A stretch of 64,000 nucleotides of DNA from an uncultured Acidimicrobiales bacterium. GTDB lineage: Bacteria; Actinomycetota; Acidimicrobiia; Acidimicrobiales; SHLQ01. The notes beneath the pieces were generated by a model. It was given only the letters and a program-made list of their open reading frames with translations. It had not been told where the DNA came from and searched no databases. Where the stretch lies: NCBI GenBank assembly GCA_938023735.1, contig CALJDK010000077.1, forward strand, positions 966 through 64,965, written 5' to 3'. This document shows positions 47,224-57,626 of the stretch, one piece after another. Position 1 is the first letter of the stretch, and every line of letters starts with the position of its first letter. The translations under genes were made by a program, and so were the position numbers.

Positions 47224-48024
47224 TTAGGACTTGGTGAAGTTTGGTTGGCGCTTTTCGGCGAAGGCTTTGGGGCCTTCCTTGGCATCGTTTGATCCAAACA
47301 CGGCCATGCCGATTGGGGCTTCGAACTCCCAGGCCTCTTGCTCGGTCATCCCAATCGTTCCCCGAAGCGTCTTCATGATGCCCTCGATAGCCAACGGTCC
47401 ATTTGCCGCAATGGTGTCGGCGATCTCCATGGCCTTCTCCAACGCCGAACCGTCGGGGACCACATGGCCGATCAACCCCAATTGTTTCGCTTCTGCGGCA
47501 TCGATATGTTTGCCTGTTAGCAAAATGTCGGCCGCTTCGGTATAGGGGATCTGACGAGCCAGCCGCACCGCAGACCCACCCATCGGGTAGAGCGACCAGC
47601 GAGCCTCGGATACTCCGAATTTGGCGCTCTCACCGGCAACCCGGATATCGGTTCCCTGAAGGATCTCGGTTCCGCCGGCGATCGCCACACCTTCGACGGC
47701 AGCAATAATCGGCACCATTGGGTGGTACGTCTTCAGCAGTCCGTCATAGATGAAGTCGCTACCTTCCTTTTCCATACGACCCTTCACGTCGTAGTCATCA
47801 GACTCATCGACATCGCCAGCCATGGCCCGCAGGTCCATGCCCGACGAGAAGTTCCCATCGGCGCCGGTAATGATGATCGCCCGAATATCGTCGTCTTCTG
47901 CTGCTTGTTTCCATGCGTCATCCATACGGGCAAACATGGCCAGCGTCATCGCGTTCTTGCGCTGCGGACGGTTGAATGTGACGGTCATGACGTGATTTGC
48001 CACGTCGACGAGAAGATCGGTCAT
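47224..48024 (-). CDS. echA19: Crotonase/enoyl-CoA hydratase, EchA19-like (steroid side-chain)
   Basis: [49 protein letters not shown] closely matches my recollection of mycobacterial EchA19. Confidence 0.8.
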   Translation of the reverse strand: MTDLLVDVANHVMTVTFNRPQRKNAMTLAMFARMDDAWKQAAEDDDIRAIIITGADGNFSSGMDLRAMAGDVDESDDYDVKGRMEKEGSDFIYDGLLKTYHPMVPIIAAVEGVAIAGGTEILQGTDIRVAGESAKFGVSEARWSLYPMGGSAVRLARQIPYTEAADILLTGKHIDAAEAKQLGLIGHVVPDGSALEKAMEIADTIAANGPLAIEGIMKTLRGTIGMTEQEAWEFEAPIGMAVFGSNDAKEGPKAFAEKRQPNFTKS

Positions 48025-48091
48025 ACGCAGTTCTTAGCGCGCTAGCCAACGAAGTTCGAAACAGAGCGGGACTGGCGCCCAGTCGCTGGCT

Positions 48092-48439
48092 CTACTTCGA
48101 GACGAACGCTATGGATTCGGCGAGAAGTGCCGACCACTGTGGCTCGTCGAAGACTTCGATGAGCACCCACTCTTTGAATACCCTCTTGGCCGGCGCAAAC
48201 GGTTGACCCACACCATCGTCGATCAATTCGCTCACCCGGTCTCGGGGAAGCTTGACGACCATGCCCGGGCCCCGGTGATGCGGCATCGCAACAAACTCTT
48301 CGCCAGCCCGGACACATCCGCTACTCATGATGGTGCCCTCAACGAGCGTGCCGGCGCCGAGCATGGGAGCAACCGTGTCCCAAAAGTCATCGTTACCCGA
48401 GAGATCGGGGCTGTCAGAGTTGTTCGCCTTTGAGGCCAT
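48092..48439 (-). CDS. Hypothetical protein (TfoX-N/MmcQ-like small domain)
   Basis: MVVKLPRDRVSELI..G.G.PF...KEWV pattern; fits the operon spacing. Confidence 0.6.
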   Translation of the reverse strand: MASKANNSDSPDLSGNDDFWDTVAPMLGAGTLVEGTIMSSGCVRAGEEFVAMPHHRGPGMVVKLPRDRVSELIDDGVGQPFAPAKRVFKEWVLIEVFDEPQWSALLAESIAFVSK

Positions 48440-48448
48440 AGTGAGGTT

Positions 48449-49195
48449 TTAGCGCGCCCGCCGGGCGACTTCGAAGCAGACCACCGCAGCAGCGGTGGCG
48501 ACATTGAGTGACTCAACACCCGGAGCAAGCGGAATTGCGATGTTGTAATCGGTGGAAAGCGACAGACCTGAGGCCTCGTTGCCGAGCACATAGGCGACAC
48601 GCTCGGGAAGTTCGGCGGCATACAGATCGTCGCCGCCAGCGTCGAGGCCCACCACGGTGAACTGGGCATCGCGCAGCATCTCGGCCGCATCGGCAGCGGT
48701 CTCGGCCCGAAGGATTGGCGCCTGAAACGCGACACCGGCTGATGCTTTGATGACGATGGGTCCAATATCGGCCGTGCCTCGGGTGGGCACGATGATGCCG
48801 TCGATTCCCGCAGCCACACCGGCCCGCAGAATCATGCCGACGTTTGAGGGATTGTGAACCGAGTCAAGAAGGAGCAGCTTTGTGGCCCAGTGTCTGCCGC
48901 GCTGTCGGCGTTCGAGAAACGTGCCGAGGTTTGCCATGGCTGGCGCAACCACATCGGCCACGACCCCCTGATGATGGCGCGACGACTTCGCGACCGAGGT
49001 GACCTTCTGTTCGGGTACCCGCTCGACGGTGATGTTTCGCTCGGACGCTGCCCGGCGAATCTGATCGATGGGTTCGCCACGAGCCTTCGACGAAATCAGA
49101 ATCTTGGCGATAGTAAGCGACTCGTCCGCGAGTGCTTCGAGAACCGGATTTCGGCCGGCGACCGTGAGATAGCGGTCGCGTGGCGATTCGGCCAC
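48449..49195 (-). CDS. TrmH/RlmB family RNA 2'-O-methyltransferase
   Basis: GRNPVLEAL, HQGVVA, NPSNVGMILR, VLGNE, ESLNVATA SPOUT motifs. Confidence 0.9.
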   Translation of the reverse strand: MAESPRDRYLTVAGRNPVLEALADESLTIAKILISSKARGEPIDQIRRAASERNITVERVPEQKVTSVAKSSRHHQGVVADVVAPAMANLGTFLERRQRGRHWATKLLLLDSVHNPSNVGMILRAGVAAGIDGIIVPTRGTADIGPIVIKASAGVAFQAPILRAETAADAAEMLRDAQFTVVGLDAGGDDLYAAELPERVAYVLGNEASGLSLSTDYNIAIPLAPGVESLNVATAAAVVCFEVARRAR

Positions 49196-49200
49196 TCGGC

Positions 49201-50034
49201 TTAGCCGCGCTCGCGGAGAACTGCTCGTGCAACCTCGAGATCGTCGGGGTTGGTGACCCCGATCCAGTTCTCCGATGACGACAGGAGTTCGACCGACAAG
49301 TCACCACTGGCCATCAGCTCGGAAACCGCAGTCGGCAACAAGAATTCCGACTTCTCTTCATGCCCCTCGGCAGCGAGGAAGGTCTCGAACTTGGTCTCGA
49401 GGTGAGCAAAGATCGACTTCGGAAGACCCCACATATTCATCGAGACCAACGTTTGGTCGTCGTAGCTGCCGACCGGATCGTCGCTGACGATAACGCCGGC
49501 GTCGTCTCGCAGAAGGCCATGGGTTTCGGTGATGCCCAAGAGCTGACCTGCGTCGTCGGTATGGCACACGCCTCGCGAGACCGCTCCGATCTTGGGGAGT
49601 GTCCGGGAAATCTCGAAACCCACCAGGGCCGCTTCGGTGTTCGAGCTGGTACCGAGGAACGACACGACCTTCTCATACGACGACGTGCCGTAGTAGTCGT
49701 CGGCATTAACTACGACAAAGGGACCCGTAACCGCATCGGCAGCGCTGAGCACGGCGTGGGCGGTACCCCACGGCTTCGCTCGCTCGGGACCGTGCTGATC
49801 CTGACAGACGGTGGTGACGGTAAGGCCGGGATGTATGGCCGCAACATGATCGAGCACCTGCTGTTCGATGCTCGACCGAACGATCAGCACAACGTTGGTT
49901 GCCCCGGCCGCAACCGAATCACGAATGGCGTAGTCGAAGAACGACTCGCCGTTGGGGCCAACATCGACCAGTTGTTTGTCGCCACCAAAGCGAGATCCGA
50001 GGCCTGCGGCCATGATGAGGAGATTGACGCTCAC
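49201..50034 (-). CDS. Sugar-phosphate nucleotidyltransferase (NTP_transferase) family
   Basis: MAAGLGSRFGGDKQ, KPWGTAHA, VNADDYYG, SRGVC, GVTNPDD; start trimmed to GTG 50034. Confidence 0.85.
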   Translation of the reverse strand: MSVNLLIMAAGLGSRFGGDKQLVDVGPNGESFFDYAIRDSVAAGATNVVLIVRSSIEQQVLDHVAAIHPGLTVTTVCQDQHGPERAKPWGTAHAVLSAADAVTGPFVVVNADDYYGTSSYEKVVSFLGTSSNTEAALVGFEISRTLPKIGAVSRGVCHTDDAGQLLGITETHGLLRDDAGVIVSDDPVGSYDDQTLVSMNMWGLPKSIFAHLETKFETFLAAEGHEEKSEFLLPTAVSELMASGDLSVELLSSSENWIGVTNPDDLEVARAVLRERG

Positions 50035-50038
50035 TGGT

Positions 50039-50851
50039 TCAGTCGTCCTTACTTTCCGAGACGGGGCTTTCTGAGACTGGGCTCTCTGACGTGTCGGTTG
50101 AACCCGGGGCTGACCGTTCGAGGAATGCATCGCGCGCCCGGTCGCCCTCGCCGAGAAGATTGAGCTCGAACGTAAAGCCTTGTTCGAACCGATAGCTCTT
50201 TCGCACATCGACCTGATCGATGCCGTTCATCGATGCCTTCGCCGCCCGCATCACCCGCGGGCGCTTCGCTGCAATGGTTTCGGCGACTTCGCGAGCCTCG
50301 GGAAGCAGAGCGTCGTCGGAGGTGACTTTGAGAACCGATCCGTAACCCACCAACTCGCCCGCCGGCGCTGGCTGGGCGGTATAGAGCATGTGGCGAGCGC
50401 GGTGTTGAGGCACCAGTCGAGACAGATGGGTTGCTGCACCAAGCGCTCCGTTATCGACCTCGGGCAGCCCAAACACGGCCTTTTCGGCCGCAAGAATGAT
50501 GTCGGCGTTTCCGGCAATGCCGATGCCGGTGCCGAGACAGAAATCGTTCACCGCTGCGATAACCGGCACGGCGCATTCGTACACCGCTCGGAAGAGTTCG
50601 AAGCATGACCGGTTGGCTTCGAGAATGCCCTCGTTGGCGTCGAGTGCCTGCATCTCTTTGATATCGACGCCGGCACAGAAGCCGCGGCCGACCGCAGTGA
50701 GAATCACCACCCGCACGTCGCCGTTGCGGCGATAACCGTCGAGCAGGTCGGCAAGGTGAAACGCGTCATGAATCGTCAACGCATTCACGGGTGGATGCTC
50801 CATCGTGAGCAGCGCGACGCCTCCGCTATCTATCTCTTCAGTGATGGCCAC
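50039..50851 (-). CDS. echA20: Enoyl-CoA hydratase family, EchA20-like (steroid C/D-ring)
   Basis: PPVNA, GVDIKEMQ, FRAVYECAVPVIAAV, GALGAATHLSRLVPQH, SYRFEQGFTFELNL match my recollection of EchA20. Confidence 0.8.
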   Translation of the reverse strand: MAITEEIDSGGVALLTMEHPPVNALTIHDAFHLADLLDGYRRNGDVRVVILTAVGRGFCAGVDIKEMQALDANEGILEANRSCFELFRAVYECAVPVIAAVNDFCLGTGIGIAGNADIILAAEKAVFGLPEVDNGALGAATHLSRLVPQHRARHMLYTAQPAPAGELVGYGSVLKVTSDDALLPEAREVAETIAAKRPRVMRAAKASMNGIDQVDVRKSYRFEQGFTFELNLLGEGDRARDAFLERSAPGSTDTSESPVSESPVSESKDD

Positions 50852-50966
50852 GGCGTTGAATCTACTCGCCGAAAGCTCCAGCGATGGACATCTTTGGTTT
50901 ATCTTGTGCTTTTTTGTGGACTTTTTCGTTGTTTTTTGTTCGTCTAGCCCGGACTAGGGTCGTCCA

Positions 50967-51821
50967 ATGCCCGCAAAGAGCCCCAAAGATCGCCCGATCC
51001 TTGTCGTAACCGACCTTGACGGCACGCTCTGGGATGTCCACCAAAGCATTCACCCGGCCACACTGGCAGCGGTCGATGAGCTCGACGCTCGCGGTATTCC
51101 GCTGTTGGTAGCCACTGGCCGTCGCCAATCCAGCACGAACTCGGGATTTGCACTCAACAAGTTCTGGCGTCCGGCCATCATGCTCAACGGCACGATCGGG
51201 GTCGACCATCCGTCGGGCGAGACGTTTCATACCGTCACGTTTTCTGCCGCTGAAGGTGTCGAAGTGCTCGACGCGTTCGCTCAGTGCGGCCATATTCCCT
51301 GCGTGTACGGCGTCGACGGCTATACCTATCTGTCAGAGGACGCCACAACCAGCCCCCGACACCGCTCGGGAATGATCGGCGGCGTCTCCGACGTTCGCCA
51401 CACCGACCCCACTCCCGTGGTGACCAACGAGCAGGTTGTGGGCTTTAGCATCATCGGGGTCGAACTTGAGGGCCTCGATACGCTCGCTCCCCGCTTGCGC
51501 GAGTTCGGGATGTTTGTCGACACCTACCAAGACCCCCTGTACGGCGGCTGGTCGGTGATGGCCCAGCCACCCGGGGTATCAAAGCTCACCGGTATCCGGG
51601 CATTCATCGCACATCGCAATATCGACGACCCATTCATTATTGCCATCGGCGATGGCGGCAACGACGTCGAGATGGTCGGGGGTGCCGACCTTGGACTGGC
51701 CATCGACGATGGCGACCCTGCCGTCCTCGCGGTTGCCGACAAGACCATCGGTGGGCCGGCCCAGGGCGGATGGGCAGAAGTCGTCGACCTCATCGACCAG
51801 CTCTCAGAACAGCACGGGTAG
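50967..51821 (+). CDS. Cof-type HAD hydrolase
   Basis: TDLDGTL, ATGR, GVSK, AIGDGGNDVEM. Confidence 0.9.
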   Translation: MPAKSPKDRPILVVTDLDGTLWDVHQSIHPATLAAVDELDARGIPLLVATGRRQSSTNSGFALNKFWRPAIMLNGTIGVDHPSGETFHTVTFSAAEGVEVLDAFAQCGHIPCVYGVDGYTYLSEDATTSPRHRSGMIGGVSDVRHTDPTPVVTNEQVVGFSIIGVELEGLDTLAPRLREFGMFVDTYQDPLYGGWSVMAQPPGVSKLTGIRAFIAHRNIDDPFIIAIGDGGNDVEMVGGADLGLAIDDGDPAVLAVADKTIGGPAQGGWAEVVDLIDQLSEQHG

Positions 51822-51868
51822 CGGCGAGCATTTTTCTCCGCAGTGCACCGTCTGGCTACAGTCCCACC

Positions 51869-52972
51869 ATGACTGTTTCCTCTGGCGATGAGTATCCGAT
51901 TCACCAAGTGCCGGGCTGGATAGCTCATCCGGGCACCAGCGACCGAAACTTCTATGACCGCAACTACTTCAACCTGCATTCATGCAGCGATGAACTGTTT
52001 GCGATCTTCGGCATGGGTCAATACCCGAACCTCGGGGTGCACGATGCCTACCTCACCGTTCGCAAGGGCGACAAGCATCATGTGGTTCGAGCGTCGCGAC
52101 CCCTTACCGACCGCCTCGATACCCAAGTCGGCCCGATCCGCATCGAGATCATCGAGCCCCTGAAGACGCTTCGATTTGTGGTCGATGCGTCCGACGAATC
52201 GGCCGTGGCGATGGACGTCACCTGGAACGCCACGATTCCAGCGGTAGAAGAGCCCAACCAATTCCTTCGTGCCGGCGGGAAGGTCGTCTTTGATACGCAG
52301 CGGTTTGCCCAGAACGGAACCTGGACCGGTTCGCTGACCGTCGGCGACACCGTCTACGACGTCACCCCCGACACATGGCGCGGCGCACGCGACCGGTCGT
52401 GGGGAGTGCGTCCGGTCGGCGAAAAGGAGTCCGACGGCATTCGCCAGACGCTCAACGTCATGCCGGGCATGTGGAACTACATGCCGATGCAGTTCGATGA
52501 TCACTCGATTCTGTATATGTGTCACGAACGCCCCGATGGAATCCGACCGCTCGAGGAGGCGATTCGGGTTTGGAACGATCCCGATCGGCCCATCGACAAC
52601 CTCGGTCGTCCGGAGTGGGAGCACATCGTCACACCCGGAACCCGGATGCTCGAGCATTCGACAATCCGGATGCCCTACGCCGGAATCGAAATCGACTGCA
52701 CGCCGCTGGTCGTCAACTACGTATCGGTTGGCACGGGCTACGGGATGGATGCCGATTGGCGCCACGGCATGTACCAGGGGCCCGAACTCGTTGTGCATAA
52801 TCTCGAACTCGACACCGAACAGATCGGAAAGATTGGCCAATACGGAGTTGTCGACCACGTCGGCCGCTTTACCTATAGCGACGACTGCGGCGAGCACGTT
52901 GGCCATGGCTTGTACGAACACGGTTTCTTCGGCGAGTTTCCACCGCTCGACATCCCCGACCCGCGGGCCTAG
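51869..52972 (+). CDS. Conserved actinobacterial hypothetical protein (Rv3169-like, beta-rich AttH/tocopherol cyclase-like)
   Basis: DEYPIHQ, SDRNFYDRNYF, YPNLGV, RDRSWGVRPVGE, GYG..ADWRHG. Confidence 0.7.
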   Translation: MTVSSGDEYPIHQVPGWIAHPGTSDRNFYDRNYFNLHSCSDELFAIFGMGQYPNLGVHDAYLTVRKGDKHHVVRASRPLTDRLDTQVGPIRIEIIEPLKTLRFVVDASDESAVAMDVTWNATIPAVEEPNQFLRAGGKVVFDTQRFAQNGTWTGSLTVGDTVYDVTPDTWRGARDRSWGVRPVGEKESDGIRQTLNVMPGMWNYMPMQFDDHSILYMCHERPDGIRPLEEAIRVWNDPDRPIDNLGRPEWEHIVTPGTRMLEHSTIRMPYAGIEIDCTPLVVNYVSVGTGYGMDADWRHGMYQGPELVVHNLELDTEQIGKIGQYGVVDHVGRFTYSDDCGEHVGHGLYEHGFFGEFPPLDIPDPRA

Positions 52973-53045
52973 CCCCAATCGTCTTCGAAGAAATTTGTCG
53001 AACTAGTAAAGGCCGTTAGGCCGACACGCCGATATCTCTCCTTGT

Positions 53046-54362
53046 ATGAGCAATCAAGGACTGCCGCCGGAACGACTACTGCGTACCCCGTCCACCATCG
53101 ACGAGCTGGGGATTCCGCGCACGCTTGTCGAGGATATTTTCATGCGCCGCCTGATGGCCGAGCGCCAATCGATGCTGTACAACCTCTGCGAAAGCATCGG
53201 ACTAACCATCGCCGTCGGACGTGATATCGCCGACGACCTGCGGGAAAAGAAACTGGTCGAATACTTTGCTCTCGAAGGCCGTGACTACCGGATTGGCCTC
53301 ACCGAAGCGGGCATGAAGCAGGCTTCCGACAGCGCCGCTTCCACGCAGTACTCCAGCTACCTCCCCGTCCCGCTCGAGCAATACGTCAAGGTCGTCGAGA
53401 CGCAGAAGGCTGTGCTGCAGATCAACCGCGAGAACATCCGAGCCGCCTTCTCGGACCTGGTTGTCGAAGACTCGATGCTCGATGCTCTCGGTCCCGCCTT
53501 CATGAACGACGGTGCCATCTTCCTGTATGGCCCTCCTGGTACCGGTAAAACATCGCTCGCCGAACGGATGATCCAGATTCATACCGATCAGGTTCTGGTT
53601 CCTCGAGTCGTCGAAGTCGACAGCGCCATCATTTCGGTCTTTGACCCTGCAGTGCATACCGCCGCCGAAGAACAACCACGAGGCCTTGACCCTCGTTGGG
53701 TTGTCTGTGACCGCCCGCTCGTAATCGTCGGTGGTGAGCTCAGCCCCAACATGGTTGACCTTTCGCTCGACCCGATCTCGGGTGTCTACTCGGCGCCAAT
53801 TCAGATGCTGGCCAACAACGGCATCCTGGTGGTTGATGACTTCGGCCGTCAGCAAATCACGCCAAACGAACTTATGAACCGCTGGATTGTTCCGCTGGCC
53901 CGCGGAATCGACTACCTCAAGTTGGCCAACGGTACGAAGTTCACGGTTCCCTTCGAGCTCAAGCTCATCGCATCGACCAACCTCGACCCCAACGCATTGG
54001 GCGATGATGCGTTCCTTCGTCGTCTCCGCAACAAGGTATTCGTTGGTCCGGTCACGCCAAACGCCTTCAACTGGATCCTGGCCCGGATCGCCAAGGCGAA
54101 GGGCATTGAAGTCAGCGGCGAGAGCGCCCAGCATCTCAAGATGATCGCCGAGCGCGAAATCGGCGAGCTTCGCCCTTACATCGCCATCGACTTCTGCGAC
54201 CTGATGATTGGTGTCTGCACCTATGAAGGAATTCCTCGGGTGCTCGATAAGGCAATGATCGACCGCGTTGCCTCGGTCTACTTCGTGAACGAAGAAGACG
54301 GCGCCGCCACCGCAGCAGCAAGTTCTGCGCTGGCCAGCGACAAAACGCCCGCTGCGGCGTAG
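53046..54362 (+). CDS. AAA+ family ATPase with N-terminal wHTH-like region
   Basis: Walker A GPPGTGKT, ANNGILVVDDFGRQ Walker B, NRWIVPL, STNL, DDAFLRR. Confidence 0.85.
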   Translation: MSNQGLPPERLLRTPSTIDELGIPRTLVEDIFMRRLMAERQSMLYNLCESIGLTIAVGRDIADDLREKKLVEYFALEGRDYRIGLTEAGMKQASDSAASTQYSSYLPVPLEQYVKVVETQKAVLQINRENIRAAFSDLVVEDSMLDALGPAFMNDGAIFLYGPPGTGKTSLAERMIQIHTDQVLVPRVVEVDSAIISVFDPAVHTAAEEQPRGLDPRWVVCDRPLVIVGGELSPNMVDLSLDPISGVYSAPIQMLANNGILVVDDFGRQQITPNELMNRWIVPLARGIDYLKLANGTKFTVPFELKLIASTNLDPNALGDDAFLRRLRNKVFVGPVTPNAFNWILARIAKAKGIEVSGESAQHLKMIAEREIGELRPYIAIDFCDLMIGVCTYEGIPRVLDKAMIDRVASVYFVNEEDGAATAAASSALASDKTPAAA

Positions 54363-54409
54363 GGCTTCACCACTCCGGGCGATTGCGGTAACCTGAGGAT
54401 TCGTCGCTC

Positions 54410-54610
54410 ACATCATGTGGGAGAGTGCCCGGTTCGCCGGGCCGCCGAAGGAGCAACCACCCCGGAACCTCTCAGGCCCCTGGACCGCACGATCAGACGT
54501 CTCTGGAGAGTGGCGGTCACCGTTGTCCGCCCACCGAAGGTGTAAACCCGAGTCTGTGCCCCGGCGCAGCGGACGGGCCAGCCTCTCAGGTTCCCGGACA
54601 GAGGGGGTAG
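54410..54610 (+). ncRNA. Tandem glycine riboswitch
   Basis: Two aptamers: GGGAGAG...CGCCGAAGGAGCAA...CTCTCAGG and CTCTGGAGAG...ACCGAAGGTGTAA...CTCTCAGG...GACAGAG, directly upstream of gcvP. Confidence 0.93.
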
Positions 54611-54662
54611 GCCACACGGTCGCGCCCTTGTCACCTACTCCAACTGATTCGGACCTTCTCCA

Positions 54663-57542
54663 ATGACACTCCTTCCCAAAGAAGACGCCTTTGTATCCCG
54701 GCACATCGGACCTGATGCTGACGAGGTCGCGACCATGCTTGCGGCCGTTGGTGTCGACAGCATCGATGAGCTGATCCAGCAGACCGTGCCGGACTCGATT
54801 CTGGTTCGCGACGCCCTCGACCTTGCTCCGGCAAAGACCGAACGCGAGGCCATCGCCGAGTTGCGGGGTATCGCCGACCAAAACCAGGTGGTCACGTCAT
54901 TGCTCGGAACCGGATACTCCGACACCATCACTCCCGCGGTCATCACGCGGAACGTACTCGAGAACCCGGCTTGGTACACGGCCTATACGCCATATCAGCC
55001 CGAGATCTCGCAGGGCCGCCTCGAAGCGCTTTTGAACTTCCAGACCATGGTGGCTGACCTTGCCGGGGTCGATCTGGCCAATGCGTCGATGCTCGACGAA
55101 GGCACTGCCGCCGCCGAGGCGATGACCCTGCTCCATCGGGCTAACAAGGGCGACCGTCAGACCTTTGTGGTCGACCAGGACTGTCACCCTCAGACCATCG
55201 CAGTCATCGAGACCCGCGCCGAGGCACTCGGCCTCACGGTGGTCGTAGCCGACCGAAACGCGGCGCTCACCCAGCCCGACGACACCTTCGGTGTGCTCTA
55301 CCAGTACCCGGGAACCACCGGCGAGGTCTACGACCTCGAACCTCTTTGCGCGGCGGCGCACGAGGCCGGAGCACTGGTGGCTGCAGCTGCTGATGTCTTG
55401 GCGTTGGTGCTCCTACGCTCCCCCGGCGATGCCGGTGCCGACGTGGTGGTTGGGACAACGCAACGCTTCGGCGTGCCACTCGGCTACGGCGGCCCTCACG
55501 CCGGTTACCTGGCCACCACCGAAAAATACAAGCGATCGCTCCCAGGCCGAATTGTGGGTATGTCCATCGACACCAAGGAGCGGCCGGCGCTGCGACTGGC
55601 GCTGCAAACTCGCGAGCAGCACATCCGTCGCGAGAAAGCCACCAGCAACATCTGCACAGCTCAGGTACTTCTGGCCAACATCTCGGGCTTTTACGCCAGC
55701 TACCACGGACCTGACGGTCTTCGAAACATTGCGCGGCGGGTGCACAGCATCGCTGTTCGCTTTGCCGATGCCGTGACCTCGGCCGGTTTCCCCATCGTGC
55801 ACGACAACTTCTTCGATACCGTTGCTGTCGCCGTGCCCGGCACCGCCAAGGCAACCGTCGATGCGGCGCTTGCCGCCAACATCAACATTCGGTTGATCGA
55901 TGCCGACCACGTCGGCGTCGCGTTCGACGAGACCTCAGATCTTGCGCTGGTCGAGCAGCTACTCGTCGCATTCCCCGGAAGCGCTCTGGCCGAAGGTCAA
56001 AGCAGCACTGCCTCACCAGAAAGCACTGCCTCACCCGACAGCACTATCCCCGACGCGTTGCTGCGAACCGACGACATTCTCGACCATGCTGTCTTCCACC
56101 GTTACCGCAGCGAGACCGAAATGCTTCGGTATCTGCGCTATCTGGCCGACAAAGACATCGCTCTTGACCGGTCGATGATTCCTCTCGGTTCATGCACGAT
56201 GAAGCTCAACGCCACGAGCGAGATGGAACCGATCACCTGGCCTTCGTTTGCCAACATGCACCCGTTTGCGCCGACCGACCAGGCTGCTGGCTATCGCCAA
56301 CTCACCTCCCAACTCGAGGCCATGCTCGTCGAGATCACCGGGTACGACGCAGTTTCGCTTCAGCCGAATGCGGGCTCTCAGGGCGAGTTGGCCGGACTTC
56401 TCGCCATCCGCGGCTATCACCTCTCCAATGGCCACACCGACCGCACGATTTGTCTGATCCCGGCATCGGCGCATGGCACCAACGCGGCCAGTGCCGTCAT
56501 GGCTGGCATGAAGGTTGTGGTGGTCGCTTGCGATGACGACGGCAACGTCGACGTTTCTGACCTCACCGCCAAGGCCAACGAGGCAGGCGATCAGCTTGCT
56601 GCGATCATGGTGACCTATCCGTCCACCCACGGAGTGTTCGAAGCTGCCATCCGCGAGATCTGCGACATCGTGCACGGCCACGGCGGACAGGTCTACCTCG
56701 ACGGCGCAAACCTCAACGCCATGGTCGGAACCGCAAAGCCCGGCCAGTTCGGCGCCGACGTGAGCCACCTAAATCTGCACAAGACCTTTTGCATCCCGCA
56801 TGGCGGCGGTGGGCCGGGCGTTGGCCCTATTGGTGTCGGCGCCCACCTGGCCCCGCACCTTCCCAACCATCCCTTCACCGATCAGGCCGGGCCAAGCACC
56901 GGCGCCGGCGCCATCAGCGCAGCTCCCTGGGGGTCAGCGGGAATCTTGCCGATCTCGTGGACCTACATCGCCATGATGGGACCCGACGGACTCCGAAAAG
57001 CCACCGAGATCGCCATCCTCAACGCCAACTATGTTGCCGCGCGGCTCGACCGGCACTACCCAGTGCTCTACCGCGGCGAGAACGGCCGGGTTGCCCACGA
57101 GTGCATCATCGATCTGCGACCGCTGAAAGATTCAGCAGGAATCTCCGTCGACGACGTTGCCAAACGGCTTATCGACTACGGCTTCCATGCTCCCACCATG
57201 TCGTTCCCCGTGGCCGGAACCCTCATGATTGAACCAACCGAGTCCGAATCACTCGAAGAGATCGACCGCTTCTGCGATGCCATGATCGCCATTCGAGCCG
57301 AGATCGCCGCGGTCGAAGATGGCTCCATGCCTGCCGATGACAACCCGCTCGTTCATGCGCCCCATACCGCCGAAGATCTCCTCGTTGCTGACTGGAACCA
57401 CCCGTACAGTCGCGAGGTTGCGGCCTACCCGGTGGACGGTCTTCGGCGACAGAAGGTTTGGGCACCGGTCAGTCGCATCGATAGCGCCCACGGCGACAAA
57501 AACCTGGTCTGTAGCTGCCCACCGCTCTCCGACTACGAGTAG
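54663..57542 (+). CDS. gcvP: Glycine dehydrogenase (decarboxylating), P protein
   Basis: [56 protein letters not shown]. Confidence 0.97.
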   Translation: MTLLPKEDAFVSRHIGPDADEVATMLAAVGVDSIDELIQQTVPDSILVRDALDLAPAKTEREAIAELRGIADQNQVVTSLLGTGYSDTITPAVITRNVLENPAWYTAYTPYQPEISQGRLEALLNFQTMVADLAGVDLANASMLDEGTAAAEAMTLLHRANKGDRQTFVVDQDCHPQTIAVIETRAEALGLTVVVADRNAALTQPDDTFGVLYQYPGTTGEVYDLEPLCAAAHEAGALVAAAADVLALVLLRSPGDAGADVVVGTTQRFGVPLGYGGPHAGYLATTEKYKRSLPGRIVGMSIDTKERPALRLALQTREQHIRREKATSNICTAQVLLANISGFYASYHGPDGLRNIARRVHSIAVRFADAVTSAGFPIVHDNFFDTVAVAVPGTAKATVDAALAANINIRLIDADHVGVAFDETSDLALVEQLLVAFPGSALAEGQSSTASPESTASPDSTIPDALLRTDDILDHAVFHRYRSETEMLRYLRYLADKDIALDRSMIPLGSCTMKLNATSEMEPITWPSFANMHPFAPTDQAAGYRQLTSQLEAMLVEITGYDAVSLQPNAGSQGELAGLLAIRGYHLSNGHTDRTICLIPASAHGTNAASAVMAGMKVVVVACDDDGNVDVSDLTAKANEAGDQLAAIMVTYPSTHGVFEAAIREICDIVHGHGGQVYLDGANLNAMVGTAKPGQFGADVSHLNLHKTFCIPHGGGGPGVGPIGVGAHLAPHLPNHPFTDQAGPSTGAGAISAAPWGSAGILPISWTYIAMMGPDGLRKATEIAILNANYVAARLDRHYPVLYRGENGRVAHECIIDLRPLKDSAGISVDDVAKRLIDYGFHAPTMSFPVAGTLMIEPTESESLEEIDRFCDAMIAIRAEIAAVEDGSMPADDNPLVHAPHTAEDLLVADWNHPYSREVAAYPVDGLRRQKVWAPVSRIDSAHGDKNLVCSCPPLSDYE

Positions 57543-57626
57543 CGAACGGCTGGAGCGAAGTAGACAATGCAACGCCACCACGGATTCGCGCTATAGCGGC
57601 AGGTCAGAACTGCCGATATCACGGCT

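Noticed and set aside
48025..50966. KstR/KstR2 boxes upstream of the echA19- and echA20-like genes
   Set aside because: The closest match, AACGAAGTT near 48048, has a 3-nt spacer rather than TnnAACnnGTTnnA, and no AnCAAGnnCTTGnT was seen.
54410..57542. Glycine riboswitch with gcvP but no gcvT/gcvH as a novelty
   Set aside because: A separate riboswitch-controlled gcvP is a familiar arrangement in actinobacteria.
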